Part shown: piece by piece, positions 23,516 to 34,200 of the stretch
Layout of the letters: every line of letters begins with the position of its first letter
Position numbering within the stretch: position 1 is the stretch's first letter
DNA from: Mustelus asterias
Lineage: Eukaryota
Length of the DNA stretch: 64,000 bases
Direction of reading: 5' to 3'
Assembly (NCBI RefSeq): GCF_964213995.1
Contig: NC_135808.1
Coordinates: forward strand, 6,138,001 to 6,202,000
Notes under the pieces: model-generated
What the model saw: only the letters and a program-made list of their open reading frames with translations
The model's database searches: none
What the model was told of the DNA's origin: nothing
Program-made: the position numbers and the translations under genes

Positions 23516-25403
23516 AGCATGCGCACTATCAGGGCAAGGTTTAAATTATCATGTTGAATAGAGCGGCTTCTGGGGCACGGAGAATTCTGGGAACCATTGC
23601 CGCTATTATGCAGCTGGTTTGCTAACATTTACCACAGCCTGACGAAAGGTCAACTACCGAGGAAATTAACTGTGTTTCTCTCCACAGATGCTACCTGAGC
23701 TATTGAATATTTCCAGAATTTTCTCTTTTGATTTCAAATTTTCAGCATCCTCAGTAGATGTCCTTTGTTATATTGCAGGTGTTGCTCACAGAACTGAGTC
23801 CAAAATGCAGGCTGGCTGAGTAAGAGCGGATTATTATCAGGCAAGGAAGTTGAGCGCGGAAGTCGGTGCATTTATTTTGTGCAAGTATTTTTGTTACATC
23901 AGTTTGAACTGCAACGGAGATTGTGGAAATGCTGCTGATTTTAACTTTGGCTGCTTTTGAACCTAGTGTAGCTCAGTAATATTCAACGAGGGATTGTGAA
24001 GAAATGTAGATTCTAGGAGAGTTTAAGTTGTGAAATACAACATCTCCTTACAATGTAAAAGAGCGAGTAGGATATGAATTTGAGATGATAGTTTCCTTCA
24101 CCTTGCCTGGCCTGCATGTATTTCTAGACCTTCAGCAATGTGGTTGTACTATGGTTGACTGAAATGGCCTAACAAGCCGATCAGATGGCGAATAAATGCC
24201 TGCCCAGCCAGCAATGACAACATCCCATGAATGGAAAAAAAAAGATGTTCATAAGTTAAGAGAGTGGGCAAAAAATTGGCGATGGACTGTAATGTGGGAA
24301 AATGTGAATCTGTCCACTTTCACAGGAAGAATCAAAAAGTGTCATTTTATTATGAACACGCTGGGTCTGTATCCACTAGAGTTTAGAAGAATGAGAGATG
24401 ATCTGACTGAAATATTTATGATCCTGCGGGAACATGACAAGTTGGATGCTGCAAGATGGTTCCCCTTGTGAACGAGATTAATACTAAGAGGCACAGTTTA
24501 GAAATAAGGTGTCTCCCATTTAAGGTATTGAAGTTTTTCTCTGAGAGTGATGATTCTTTGGAATTCTCTTCTGCAGGGAGCAGTAGAGGAAAGGTCAAAG
24601 GATATTTTTTCATTTCGAATTAGGTAGATTTTAAATTAACAAGGGAGTCAGAGGGTTTATGGTGTAGACAAGAAATTTGAGTTTAAATCAGATCAGCCAT
24701 GATCATATTGAATGGAGAGCAGGTTGGATGGGGATATGGCCTATCCTTGTTCATAATTACTATGTTCATATGTCTTTTGTAATCGCAGATCAAGTAGCCG
24801 ATTCCATCACCTGAAGATCATGAAGGAACCAGTTGACATCTTTCCAGCTCTATTTTTCCTTGAACTGATCCTACAAATCCATTCAGCTCAAATTCACAAC
24901 CTGCCTTTTTTGTGTGTTCTCTCACTTTACATTTTCCTTTCTTTAATTACTTTCACAGGATATCAGAGAGAATTTTGAGACATGAGGTCAAATCAAGCAT
25001 CATACAAAAATCTGGCAATCAATCAATTTAGTGATATTGTCCTTTGAGCATGGAAGCAAAAAGCACCATCTCGAACAAGGGGATAACGTTGATGTATCCT
25101 GGGTGGGTGAGGCAAAAACCAATCATCTGGCTTGCCGATACACAACTTCAATCTGACTAACGAGTAACCCTGTCAATGTGGGGACCGTGGGAAATAATTT
25201 AATTTCCTGATTGAGCTGAGATTTCATAGGTTTGTTCACAACGTGGTGATTGGTGCTGTTCACCTTTTCCATGTGTGGAAAGTAATTCACTGATTCACCC
25301 GATCTGCTGAGACACCAGTGAGTTCACACTGGGCAGAGGCTATCAACCTGCTCCATTTGTGGGAAAAGTTCACTCCGTCATTCCATCTACTGAGGCACCA
25401 GCA

Positions 25404-25730
25404 TTATGGGTGGCACAGTGTTTAGCACTGCTGTCTCACAGCGCCAGGGACCCGGGTTCAATTCCAACTTCGGGTCACTATCTGTATGGAGTTAGCACAT
25501 TCTCTCCAGGTGTGCGAGGGTTTTGTCAAAGTGCTCTTAGTTCCTCCCACACTCCAAAGATATGTGGCTGAAGTTGATTGGTCATGATAAATTGCCCCTT
25601 AGTGTCAGGGGGAGTTGCAGGGTAAATAAGTGGAGTTGTGGGGATAGGAGATCTGTGGGATTCTGGTCATTGCAGACTCAAAGGTCCCTTTCTGCATTGT
25701 AGCGATTCTCTGATCTTCTATGTTCTATGT
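25404..25730 (+). mobile_element. HE1-type V-SINE inserted in the ZNF pseudogene
   Basis: GGGTGGCACAGTG..GGGTTCAATTCC head, TTCTATGTTCTATG tail. Confidence 0.85.
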
Positions 25731-26659
25731 TCATACTGATGAGACCTATTCAATATTCTGATTGTGAGAAGACAATTTAAAAACAAATCGCATTTGCTGA
25801 AATACCAATTCACCATCACTTGAAAATATCTGTTCATCTGTTCTGAGTCTGGGAAGGAAATCACTAATTCATCCAACCCGCTGAAGTGAGTTCACACTGA
25901 TGAGAGATATTTTACATGCCTGAACTGTGGAAAGTGCTATAAATATTCAAAGGAACTGACATGCCATCAACGTGTTTATACAAATATTGGAACATTCAGG
26001 TGTTCTCACTGTGGAACAGGGAATCACACTATCATTTCAATTCACAATATTGGCAAGAGGCTGTTCGCATGTTCCACATGTGGGAAGAGATTCAGTTGTT
26101 TATCTGACCTCAAGACACAGAAAATTATTTATGCCAATAACAAACCTTTTAAATACCTGTGAGGAGAGCTTCACAAGCAAAGATGAGCTGTTGACACAGC
26201 CCCATAATCACGCTGGTGACAGACTATTCACCTGCTCTGATTACAGGAAGGGATTCATTCAGAAATCCATCCTCCTGACACACCAGCAAATTATCACTGG
26301 GGAGAGACCATCATCTGTCCTGTGTGGGAAGAGATTAATCCAGTTATGCCATCTATTGACACGCCAGTTTCTTCACAATGCAAGAGACCTTTTAAATGTT
26401 TTGATTGTGAGAGGAGGTTTAAAATTAAAAGGGACCTGCTAACATGACAGTGAGGTCGCACTGGGGAGAGGTCATTCACCTGCTCCATGTGTGGGAGGGG
26501 ATTCACTCATTCACCCTACCTGTTGGCATAACAATCTGTTTACACTGGGGAGAGCCATTCAACTGTTCTGTGTGTGGGAAGGAATTCACCTGTACATCTT
26601 ACCTGCTGAGACACCAGAGGGTTCACACTGGGGGAAGCCATTCACCCGCTGTGCTGTAT

Positions 26660-27092
26660 TTGTCTTCCAAAAAGAGATTGGACAATTTTGGTTTATATTC
26701 CCTGGAGTTTAGAAGAATGAGAGGAGATCTAATTGAGGTGGTCAAAATGATAAGGGATATTGACAACGTGGAGGGGATGTCTCTTCTGGTAGCACAATCT
26801 AAAAAGAAACCATAGTTTCAGGATAAGGGCTGGCACATTTAAAACAGAGATGAGGAGAATATATTGATCTTAAAGGGTCGTGAGTCTGTTGAATTCACTA
26901 CCCAGAATGTGATGGATGCCGGGACTTTGAGTAAATTTCAAGAAGGGGTGGATAGTGTTTGAAGGGCTGTGGTGAACGAGCTGGAGAGTGGAGTTGAGAC
27001 CGACATGAGATCAGCCATGATCGTATTAAATGGCGGAGCAGGCTTGAGGCACTGAATTGCCTAATCCTGCTCCTCATTCTTATGATTCTTAT
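26660..27092 (+). mobile_element. CR1 3' fragment inserted in the ZNF pseudogene
   Basis: [16 protein letters not shown]; tail TCAGCCATGATC..AATGGCGGAGCAGGCTTGA..TTCTTATGATTCTTATG. Confidence 0.82.
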
Positions 27093-28274
27093 GAAGTGGT
27101 TTACTCAGTCAGCCCACTTATGGACATAACAGCGAGTTCACATGCCACAGCAGGGATTGGACTCTGCTGTTATTGTTGCTGTCAATCCCATCCAGGACTA
27201 AATCATGTCCATCCTAACAGCAGGGGTTTGTTTCTGTTGATGTTAAGAATCTCTCCAACTGGGCTGATGTTTAATATTCTGGATAAAGGTGAAATACATC
27301 AGTTTTGTTTCAAACACCTTCTTTTAATTTTTGTGTTTCCCACCTGAGTTTTAATAGCACCTGACTACAGTTCAGAACAGTCTAGGAGAGGATCTTACGG
27401 AGTGAACAGAGCTTCAGTCTGATGGATAAAATCAAACACAGCATTTATTTTTCATCAAGTTAGCTACCCTTTTCATTTGTACACTGATCTCCATGACACC
27501 ACAGATATTGCATTTTTTTGCTAAATAACAATTTAAGATTTAGTTTGCCCAGTTTATCCATAACATTATCTGAATCTTCCCAATTGACTTCCCAATTCCT
27601 TTTAAAAATATTTTAAACATTACCTGCCCCATGGGAGATGAAACAATGTAACAGCTTGGCTGGTTACTTCTGGAGGGTTGAAATGCATAGCACCCGTCTT
27701 CTTTGGTGCAAGTAGCGGAGAGGATGGTAAGGTTTATTGGAGTTTCTAGAGAAACTGGTATGAGTCTGGTGTAGCAATGGGGGATGAAATCCTGGTGGGA
27801 TGTACAGTCTGCATTTGCCGAATTGTCCTGAGCTGAAATGGGTTGTAAGCGGGAGAGTGAATTGGACTGGAGCAAATGGTCATTTAGATAACAGGCAAGG
27901 CAGTGACCCAGTCATTGGCCCTGAACAGACCATCAACTCCATTCCAGGCAGCTTTTCTCAGTGTCACTTCTTTAGAGTGATTGAAACACTCGACCATCTT
28001 GCTAATACCTGGGTGGTAGGGGATGTAGAAATGGTGTTCCATACTGTCAAGATGACAGAGATGTTTCATTATATCTGCTATGAAATGTGAACCATTATCA
28101 CTCTATCCTTTTGAGAAAGCCCCATGTGTTAAAGACCTGTTCCCAAAATATTTTCGCTGTTGGGACCGCATGATTATTATGGTCTGAGAAAACTTCAAGC
28201 GACTAGATAAACATATGTACATGTTCCAGGATATATCAGCCCCCACTAGGTTCCTTTCATACTTTATTTCCCCC

Positions 28275-28520
28275 TTCTGTCTGTCCGGAGTTTGCACATT
28301 CTCCTCGTGTCTGCGTGGGTTTCCTCCGGGTGCTCCGGTTTCCTCCCACAGTCCAAAGATGTGCGGGTTAGGTTGATTGGCTATGCTAAAATTGCCCTTT
28401 AGTGTCCTGAGATGCGTAGGTTAGAGGGATATGGGGGTAGGGTCTGGGTGGGATTGTGGTCAGTGCGGACTCGATGGGCTGAATGGCCTCTTTCTGTACT
28501 GTAGGGTTTCTATGATTTCT
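28275..28520 (+). mobile_element. 5'-truncated HE1-type SINE
   Basis: V-domain TCTGCGTGGGTTTCCTCCGGGTGCTCCGGTTTCCTCCCACAGTCCAAAGATG plus tail. Confidence 0.85.
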
Positions 28521-28569
28521 CAATCAATCCCTTGGTCATCCTTTGTTGAATTTCAAACTGGTCCCTATC

Positions 28570-29335
28570 CTCAGGTCTATTGTTTTTTCTTGCCAATTTC
28601 TATGCTTCTTCTTTGAATCTAATACTATCTCTTATTTCTCCTTGTACACCACTGTTTGGCCACAGTTCCCTTCCCAGTCTTGCACCAAATTGGAATAAAC
28701 AACTTTTGGAGTTCGCCTATTAGTTCCTTAAATGCCTACCATGATCTGTCTACTGTCCTTCCTTTCAGTAATGTTTCTCAGTATTTCAAGGCCAATTTAT
28801 GTTTCATACCATCATAGTTACCTTTATTGAGATTTAGGACCCTGGTCTTAGAATGAACTATGTCACTCTCCACCTTGACAAAAAAATCTATTATATTATG
28901 GTCACTCATTCCCAAGGGTTCACTCACAACTAGATTGCCAACTAACCCTTTTTGATTGCGAAATACCCAGTCCAAGATGGCCTTTGTTGATTCCTGAATG
29001 TATTTTTCCAGAAAACCATCCCATATACATTCCAGAAATTCCTCGTCTATTGTACTGTGACTAATCTTACTTGCCCAATTTATACGCAGATTAAAAACAT
29101 CCATAATCACAGATGTTTCTTTAACATATGCATCTCTAATTTTCTGTCTGATGCTATTCCAATCATTGCCACTGCAGTTTTCTGGTCTGTATACCACGTA
29201 CAAAAATGTTTTTTGCCAGTTGGTGTTTCTTAACTCGACACCTACAGATTCCACATTGTCTGTGCTAATATCTTTCCTCAATACTGTATCAATATATTAT
29301 TTAATCAACAATGCAACTCTGCCACTTTTTCCTTT
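28570..29335 (-). mobile_element. CR1 ORF2 endonuclease fragment
   Basis: ORF 28778-29281: VYRPEN..IMDVFNL..FLECIWDGFLEKY..AILDWVF..PLGMSDHNII. Confidence 0.85.
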
Positions 29336-29339
29336 TTGT

Positions 29340-29885
29340 TTGACTCCTGGAAGTTTGTCCACCATCTACAAAACTCAAATCAAGAGTATTATGGAATGCT
29401 TCCATTTTCCTGGATGCGTGCAGCTCAAACAACTCGACATTTTCCAGGACGAAACCGTGGCTGGGTCAGCACCCAAACCACCACCTTCAACGGTCACCCC
29501 ATCCACCATGGATCGACGGTAACTGCAGTGTATGCAGTGCAATTTACAAAATCTACTGCAGGAACTCACCAAATTTCCTTTATCAGCACCTTCCAAACCC
29601 ATCATCTTGTCCATCTGAAAGGACAAAGGCAGCAGGCACATGGGGGCACCACCACCTGGAAGTCCCCCTCCAAGCCACTCACCATCCCGACTTGGAATTA
29701 TATCGCTGTCCCTTCATTACCACTGGGAGAAAATCCCGGAACTCCCTCCCTCGCAGCATTGTGGGTGCCCCTGCACAACAGGGGCTGCAGTGATTCAAGG
29801 AGGTGGCTCATCACAACATATTTTAGGTAAGTTGTGGATGGGCAATAAATACTGAACTAGACAGTAACGCCCACATCTCCTGAAA
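29340..29885 (+). mobile_element. 3' fragment of an abundant L2/CR1-group LINE
   Basis: LSTIYKTQIKSIMEC; tail TTCAAGGAGGTGGCTCATCAC..GATGGGCAATAAAT; related fragments at 3440-3580, 56220-56900 and 57490-58500. Confidence 0.7.
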
Positions 29886-30880
29886 GGATATCTAAAAAAA
29901 AATCAGTATTTTTTTCACGTGTCTTCTGAGTTTGACTGTGACAGTATTTGTCCCACATCATCTTATCAGGCACCCTCTGCAAATGAACAGTCTCGAAACA
30001 ATGGAAGACTGTCTCAGTTCCAGTGCTAGGTTTCAGTTATAGTTCTGAATTTATCTCTTGAGTCAACATAACACAGATACCATGTGCTGCAGTAACGGGT
30101 AGTTATAAGTATCTGTACTGCAGCACATAACCTAAACTGAAGGCATCGGGCTGGTCTCAAGTTGCCTTTGGATGCTGAGAAATAAAATCAATGCAAGTCA
30201 CTCGTTCTTTATTTTCTAGCAAATGAAATGGAACTTCGGACTTCCCTTCCCTCTGAAGGTTTTATGTGTATGATGTGATGTACTTCCCTAAAGTAAACCA
30301 GTGACTGAATCTTATACTTACTGCCTGGTCCATAAAGGGCTTTGGGTCGTCCCAGAGTGGTGATAGGCGCTATATAAATGCAAATGTTTCTCTCTTTAGA
30401 TCGAACCCAGAGGTTCAATCCCTCCAAAATAAAATCTGTACCAGTCATCTGAAAAGTCTCCTTCATCTTTATAAGTGTTTTGTGCTGTATTTGTGAACAC
30501 AATTCAGTTTCTAGGCTTCGCTCTCGCACCGAGTTTCATCAGAGTGGTTTTAATCAACAGCAAGTCCAGACTGGAGAAAAATGGAATGGAATCTCGATCC
30601 CGCCCATCTCCATCTTTTCCCTCTCTCCGCACTGTCAACATTCCGTGAAGCTCTACCCGCCCCGACCGGATTCAGTCATTCTTCTGCGTGATATAAAATC
30701 GTTCCCACTTCATACCTTGCTAGGTTTTACATTCCGGTGCGAGGCAACGAAATGCACCCTTGGTTATAATAACATTTCTCTACATATTGCAGTGAATTCT
30801 GTCGCGAAATCGTGAAACAGGTGTTCGACAGCGCAGTTCCAAGTAAACTCCGGTTGAATCAAGAAGTGCTGATCGTGAAC

Positions 30881-31291
30881 ATGGCTTCCAGAGAGCTTTT
30901 CAAGAGTATAAGCGAAGATGCAATTTGTCCGAGTTGTCTTGATTTCTTCAATGATCCGGTTACACTGGAGTGTGGACACAGCTTCTGCCGCTCCTGTATC
31001 ACTCAGTGTTGGGAAAAGAAAGACGTATTCGCTTGCCCGCAATGTAGAGAGGAGTTTCCAGAAAGAAACTTGAGGGTAAACGGGGCCCTGGCGAATCTAT
31101 CCGAGAAGACACGAAACTTAACCGTCAACTGGAAAGAGAAGGAAAGTAAACTTCACTGTGAGGAACATCAGGCAGAACTAAAGTTGTTTTGTGAAACTGA
31201 CAAGAAATTGATCTGTTACACTTGTAGAGATTCGCTGGAACACAAATCCCATAACTTCATGGCGATTAAAGAAGCTGTTGAACTCTACAGG
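30881..31291 (+). CDS. TRIM gene 2 coding exon 1 (RING + B-box)
   Basis: [19 protein letters not shown]...EAVELYR then AGG|GTAAAC donor. Confidence 0.92.
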
Positions 31292-34200
31292 GTAAACGGG
31301 AAATGTATTTTCAGCTGATTACCTAATCACATTTTCATGGTTTAATACTTTAATTCTGTGATTTTCTCTCCCAATCCCAGGAGCAGCTGAAATCTACATT
31401 AGAATCTCTAACAGAAAAGAAATGGGCGATGCGAGAAAAGGAACTGAAACAGAAACTGAAGATTTCTGAAGTCAGGGTAAGGTCTCCCTGTGCTGATTTT
31501 CTGGGATCTCGGTTAGTTTTGTTCCCTTTCTCGCGGGACATTAATCATGTTTCACATTTCATTGGGTAGGAACAGTCGAGCAGTCTGCAGACCCACATCA
31601 CATCCGAGTTCACTAAAATGCATCAGATTCTCACTGAGAAAGAGCAGCGTTTACTCAGGGATCTCAGGGAAGAAGAGGGGTGGATTCTAGAATCAATGGA
31701 GGAAAACCTTCGAGAGATTCAGCGGAATTTGAATCATATTAAAGAGAGACTCTCAAAGTTTCACGAGCAGATGGAGCAAAAAGATGAATTGAAATTTCTG
31801 AAGGTAAGGGAATATATTGCAATTCAGCAAAACTTCACACTGAGAGAATATTTGATGATAACGAAAATAATGCAGCTTTTGATGGAGAATTCTATGTGAT
31901 TAAAATCGATTGTTTTGTCTATTTCGGGGAAGTTCAGTTGTTGTCACACAACTAGCCAACTTCCTCGTTTCTACAGAATCCTGAGAATAACTGCAAATTT
32001 TCTGGATTAAATTGTCATGATCTAGGCTCATGTAATTTAAATTCCTTGTTGCACAAGTTTAATCATCGCCTGGGACACTTTACATTGCTTCCACATTCCA
32101 AATGCACACCCAATTCCCTATTGAAATTGATTATGGAGCCAACTTCCTTCTCTATGTCATGGATCACATTCCAGACCATTGGTGCTTAATAATCTTCCTT
32201 TGTCAATTATGTTAAAGTGTTGTGTAGGTCATGCCCCAGGGCTCCTTATTTCTACATACCTTTAAAACTGTCTCACGTCACAATCTGCATAAAATTGTAT
32301 CCAACCTGTGTCTGTCCATTTCACCAGCCAAAGAACATCAACTCATGATCTATTTTATCCCATGTCTGGTTATATCGTCCTGAAGCCTGTTACTATACTT
32401 CACATTGGGTTTTTTTTATTTCAGGAAGAAGTTTGTCAGAAGAAAAGGTAGGAAATGCCCTTTACTGAAATTCTGCAGCCTTGTTAAAATAACCCAGAAA
32501 AGTGTTTATGATGTAGTTATTACAGCAACTGTTTAATACGTACAGGATTATTGAGGAGGAAGACCTGATCTCAGTACCAGATGTTTCCTTATCTGTTTGG
32601 AGGTTCCGTGGTCCTTTACAATACATAGCCTGGAGAGAAATGATAAACTCCATTAATTCAGGTAAAACTCTTTTTTTTCTTGGTTTATAAATCTAGATGG
32701 GAGTTGTCTAAACCGGCTCCCGGACTCGAGATTAATTTATCACTAATAACCGTGACTAGCCACAAATTCAAAAATTTTAGAAATAGACAAGGGAAAACGT
32801 GTGGTGTTATAGAACATAGAACATAGAACAGTACAGCACAGAACAGGCCCTTCGGCCCACGATGTTGTGCCGAGCTTTATCTGAAACCAAGATCAAGCTA
32901 TCCCACTCCCTATCATCCTGGTGTGCTCCATGTGCCTATCCAATAACCGCTTAAATGTTTCTAAAGTGTCTGACTCCACTATCACTGCAGGCAGTCCATT
33001 CCACACCCCAACCACTCTCTGCATAAAGAACCTACCTCTGATATCCGTCCTGTATCTCCCACCACGAACCCTATAGTTATGCCCCCTTGTAATAGCTCCA
33101 TCCACCCGAGGAAATAGTCTTTGAACGTTCACTCTATCTATCCCCTTCATCATTTTATACACCTCTATTAAGTCTCCCCTCAGCCTCCTCCGCTCCAGAG
33201 AGAACAGCCCTAGCTCCCTCAACCTTTCCTCATATGACCTACCCTCCAAACCAGGCAGCATCTTGGTAAATCTCCTCTGCACTCTTTCCAGCGCTTCCAC
33301 ATCCTTCTTATAGTGAGGTGACCAGAACTGCACACAATATTCCAAACCGGTTATTGAATTAAACAAGATCCCAAACTGATAAGATAGGATTAACAACGTA
33401 AATGTTTATTGGGGGTCACATAACAGGGTACCGAAAATCCCAAAGTTAGTAATTGGAGAGTGCAAATACAGTTGAGAGAGAATGAGGTTGAGTTTTTGAG
33501 AAACCTCATTTTCGGACATCCAGTGAGCCCACTGTTCACCACAGAAATTTGGGCAGAGGCCCAATCCATTCTCAGAATTGGACTTCAGTACAATGATGCT
33601 GACAATTTGTCCAGGTGAGGGCAGCAGAGCGCTGAAGGTGATTGGTGGTTGCAGGTCATATTTGCATAGGTGCAGTCACTGCGACCAGAAGGTGGGTTTC
33701 TGGAAGAGACCTTCCTACTGCGAGTGAAGGCATGTGTCCAGGTGAGGGCAGCAGAGTGGTGAAGGTGATTGCAGGTCACATTTGCATAGGTGCAGTCACT
33801 GCGACCAGAAGGTGGTTTGTGGAGGAGCTGCTGTTAAGCGACAGTTAAACCCCAAACACTACTTTAGTGTTTCCTTCCCTTGTCCTGTAACCAAACAAAA
33901 GTTGGTCTGCGGCCTTTTGGCTAAGATCAAGTGTAATATGGACAGGATGCTGCGCTTGGTTGAGGTCATTAGGTTACATTTAAGGTTCATGTTCATATGA
34001 AGCAAGTTTTAAAAGCAGCATCTCAGCCTTTTGGCTAAGATGCAAATGAGATCCAGCCTTGGAGGAGGAACCCTGCCCCTCCTCCAATCAGCTGGGCTCA
34101 TGTAGATCAGGCCCAAGACAGGTGTGAAGGCCCTGTCTTGTCAGCCTGGATTGGAAATGTCTCAACTTGTTGAGACTCTGAATTGGACTTGATTTGATTG

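Larger units (their letters stand above)
25230..27145 (+). pseudogene. Decayed tandem C2H2 (Krueppel-type) zinc-finger gene, interrupted by a SINE and a CR1 fragment
   Basis: Repeated finger/linker remnants such as [27 protein letters not shown] (ORF 26444) and HAGDRLFTCSDYRKGFIQKSILLTHQQIITGERP, with many stops and frameshifts. Finger sequence resumes at ~27092 after the CR1 insert. Confidence 0.82.
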
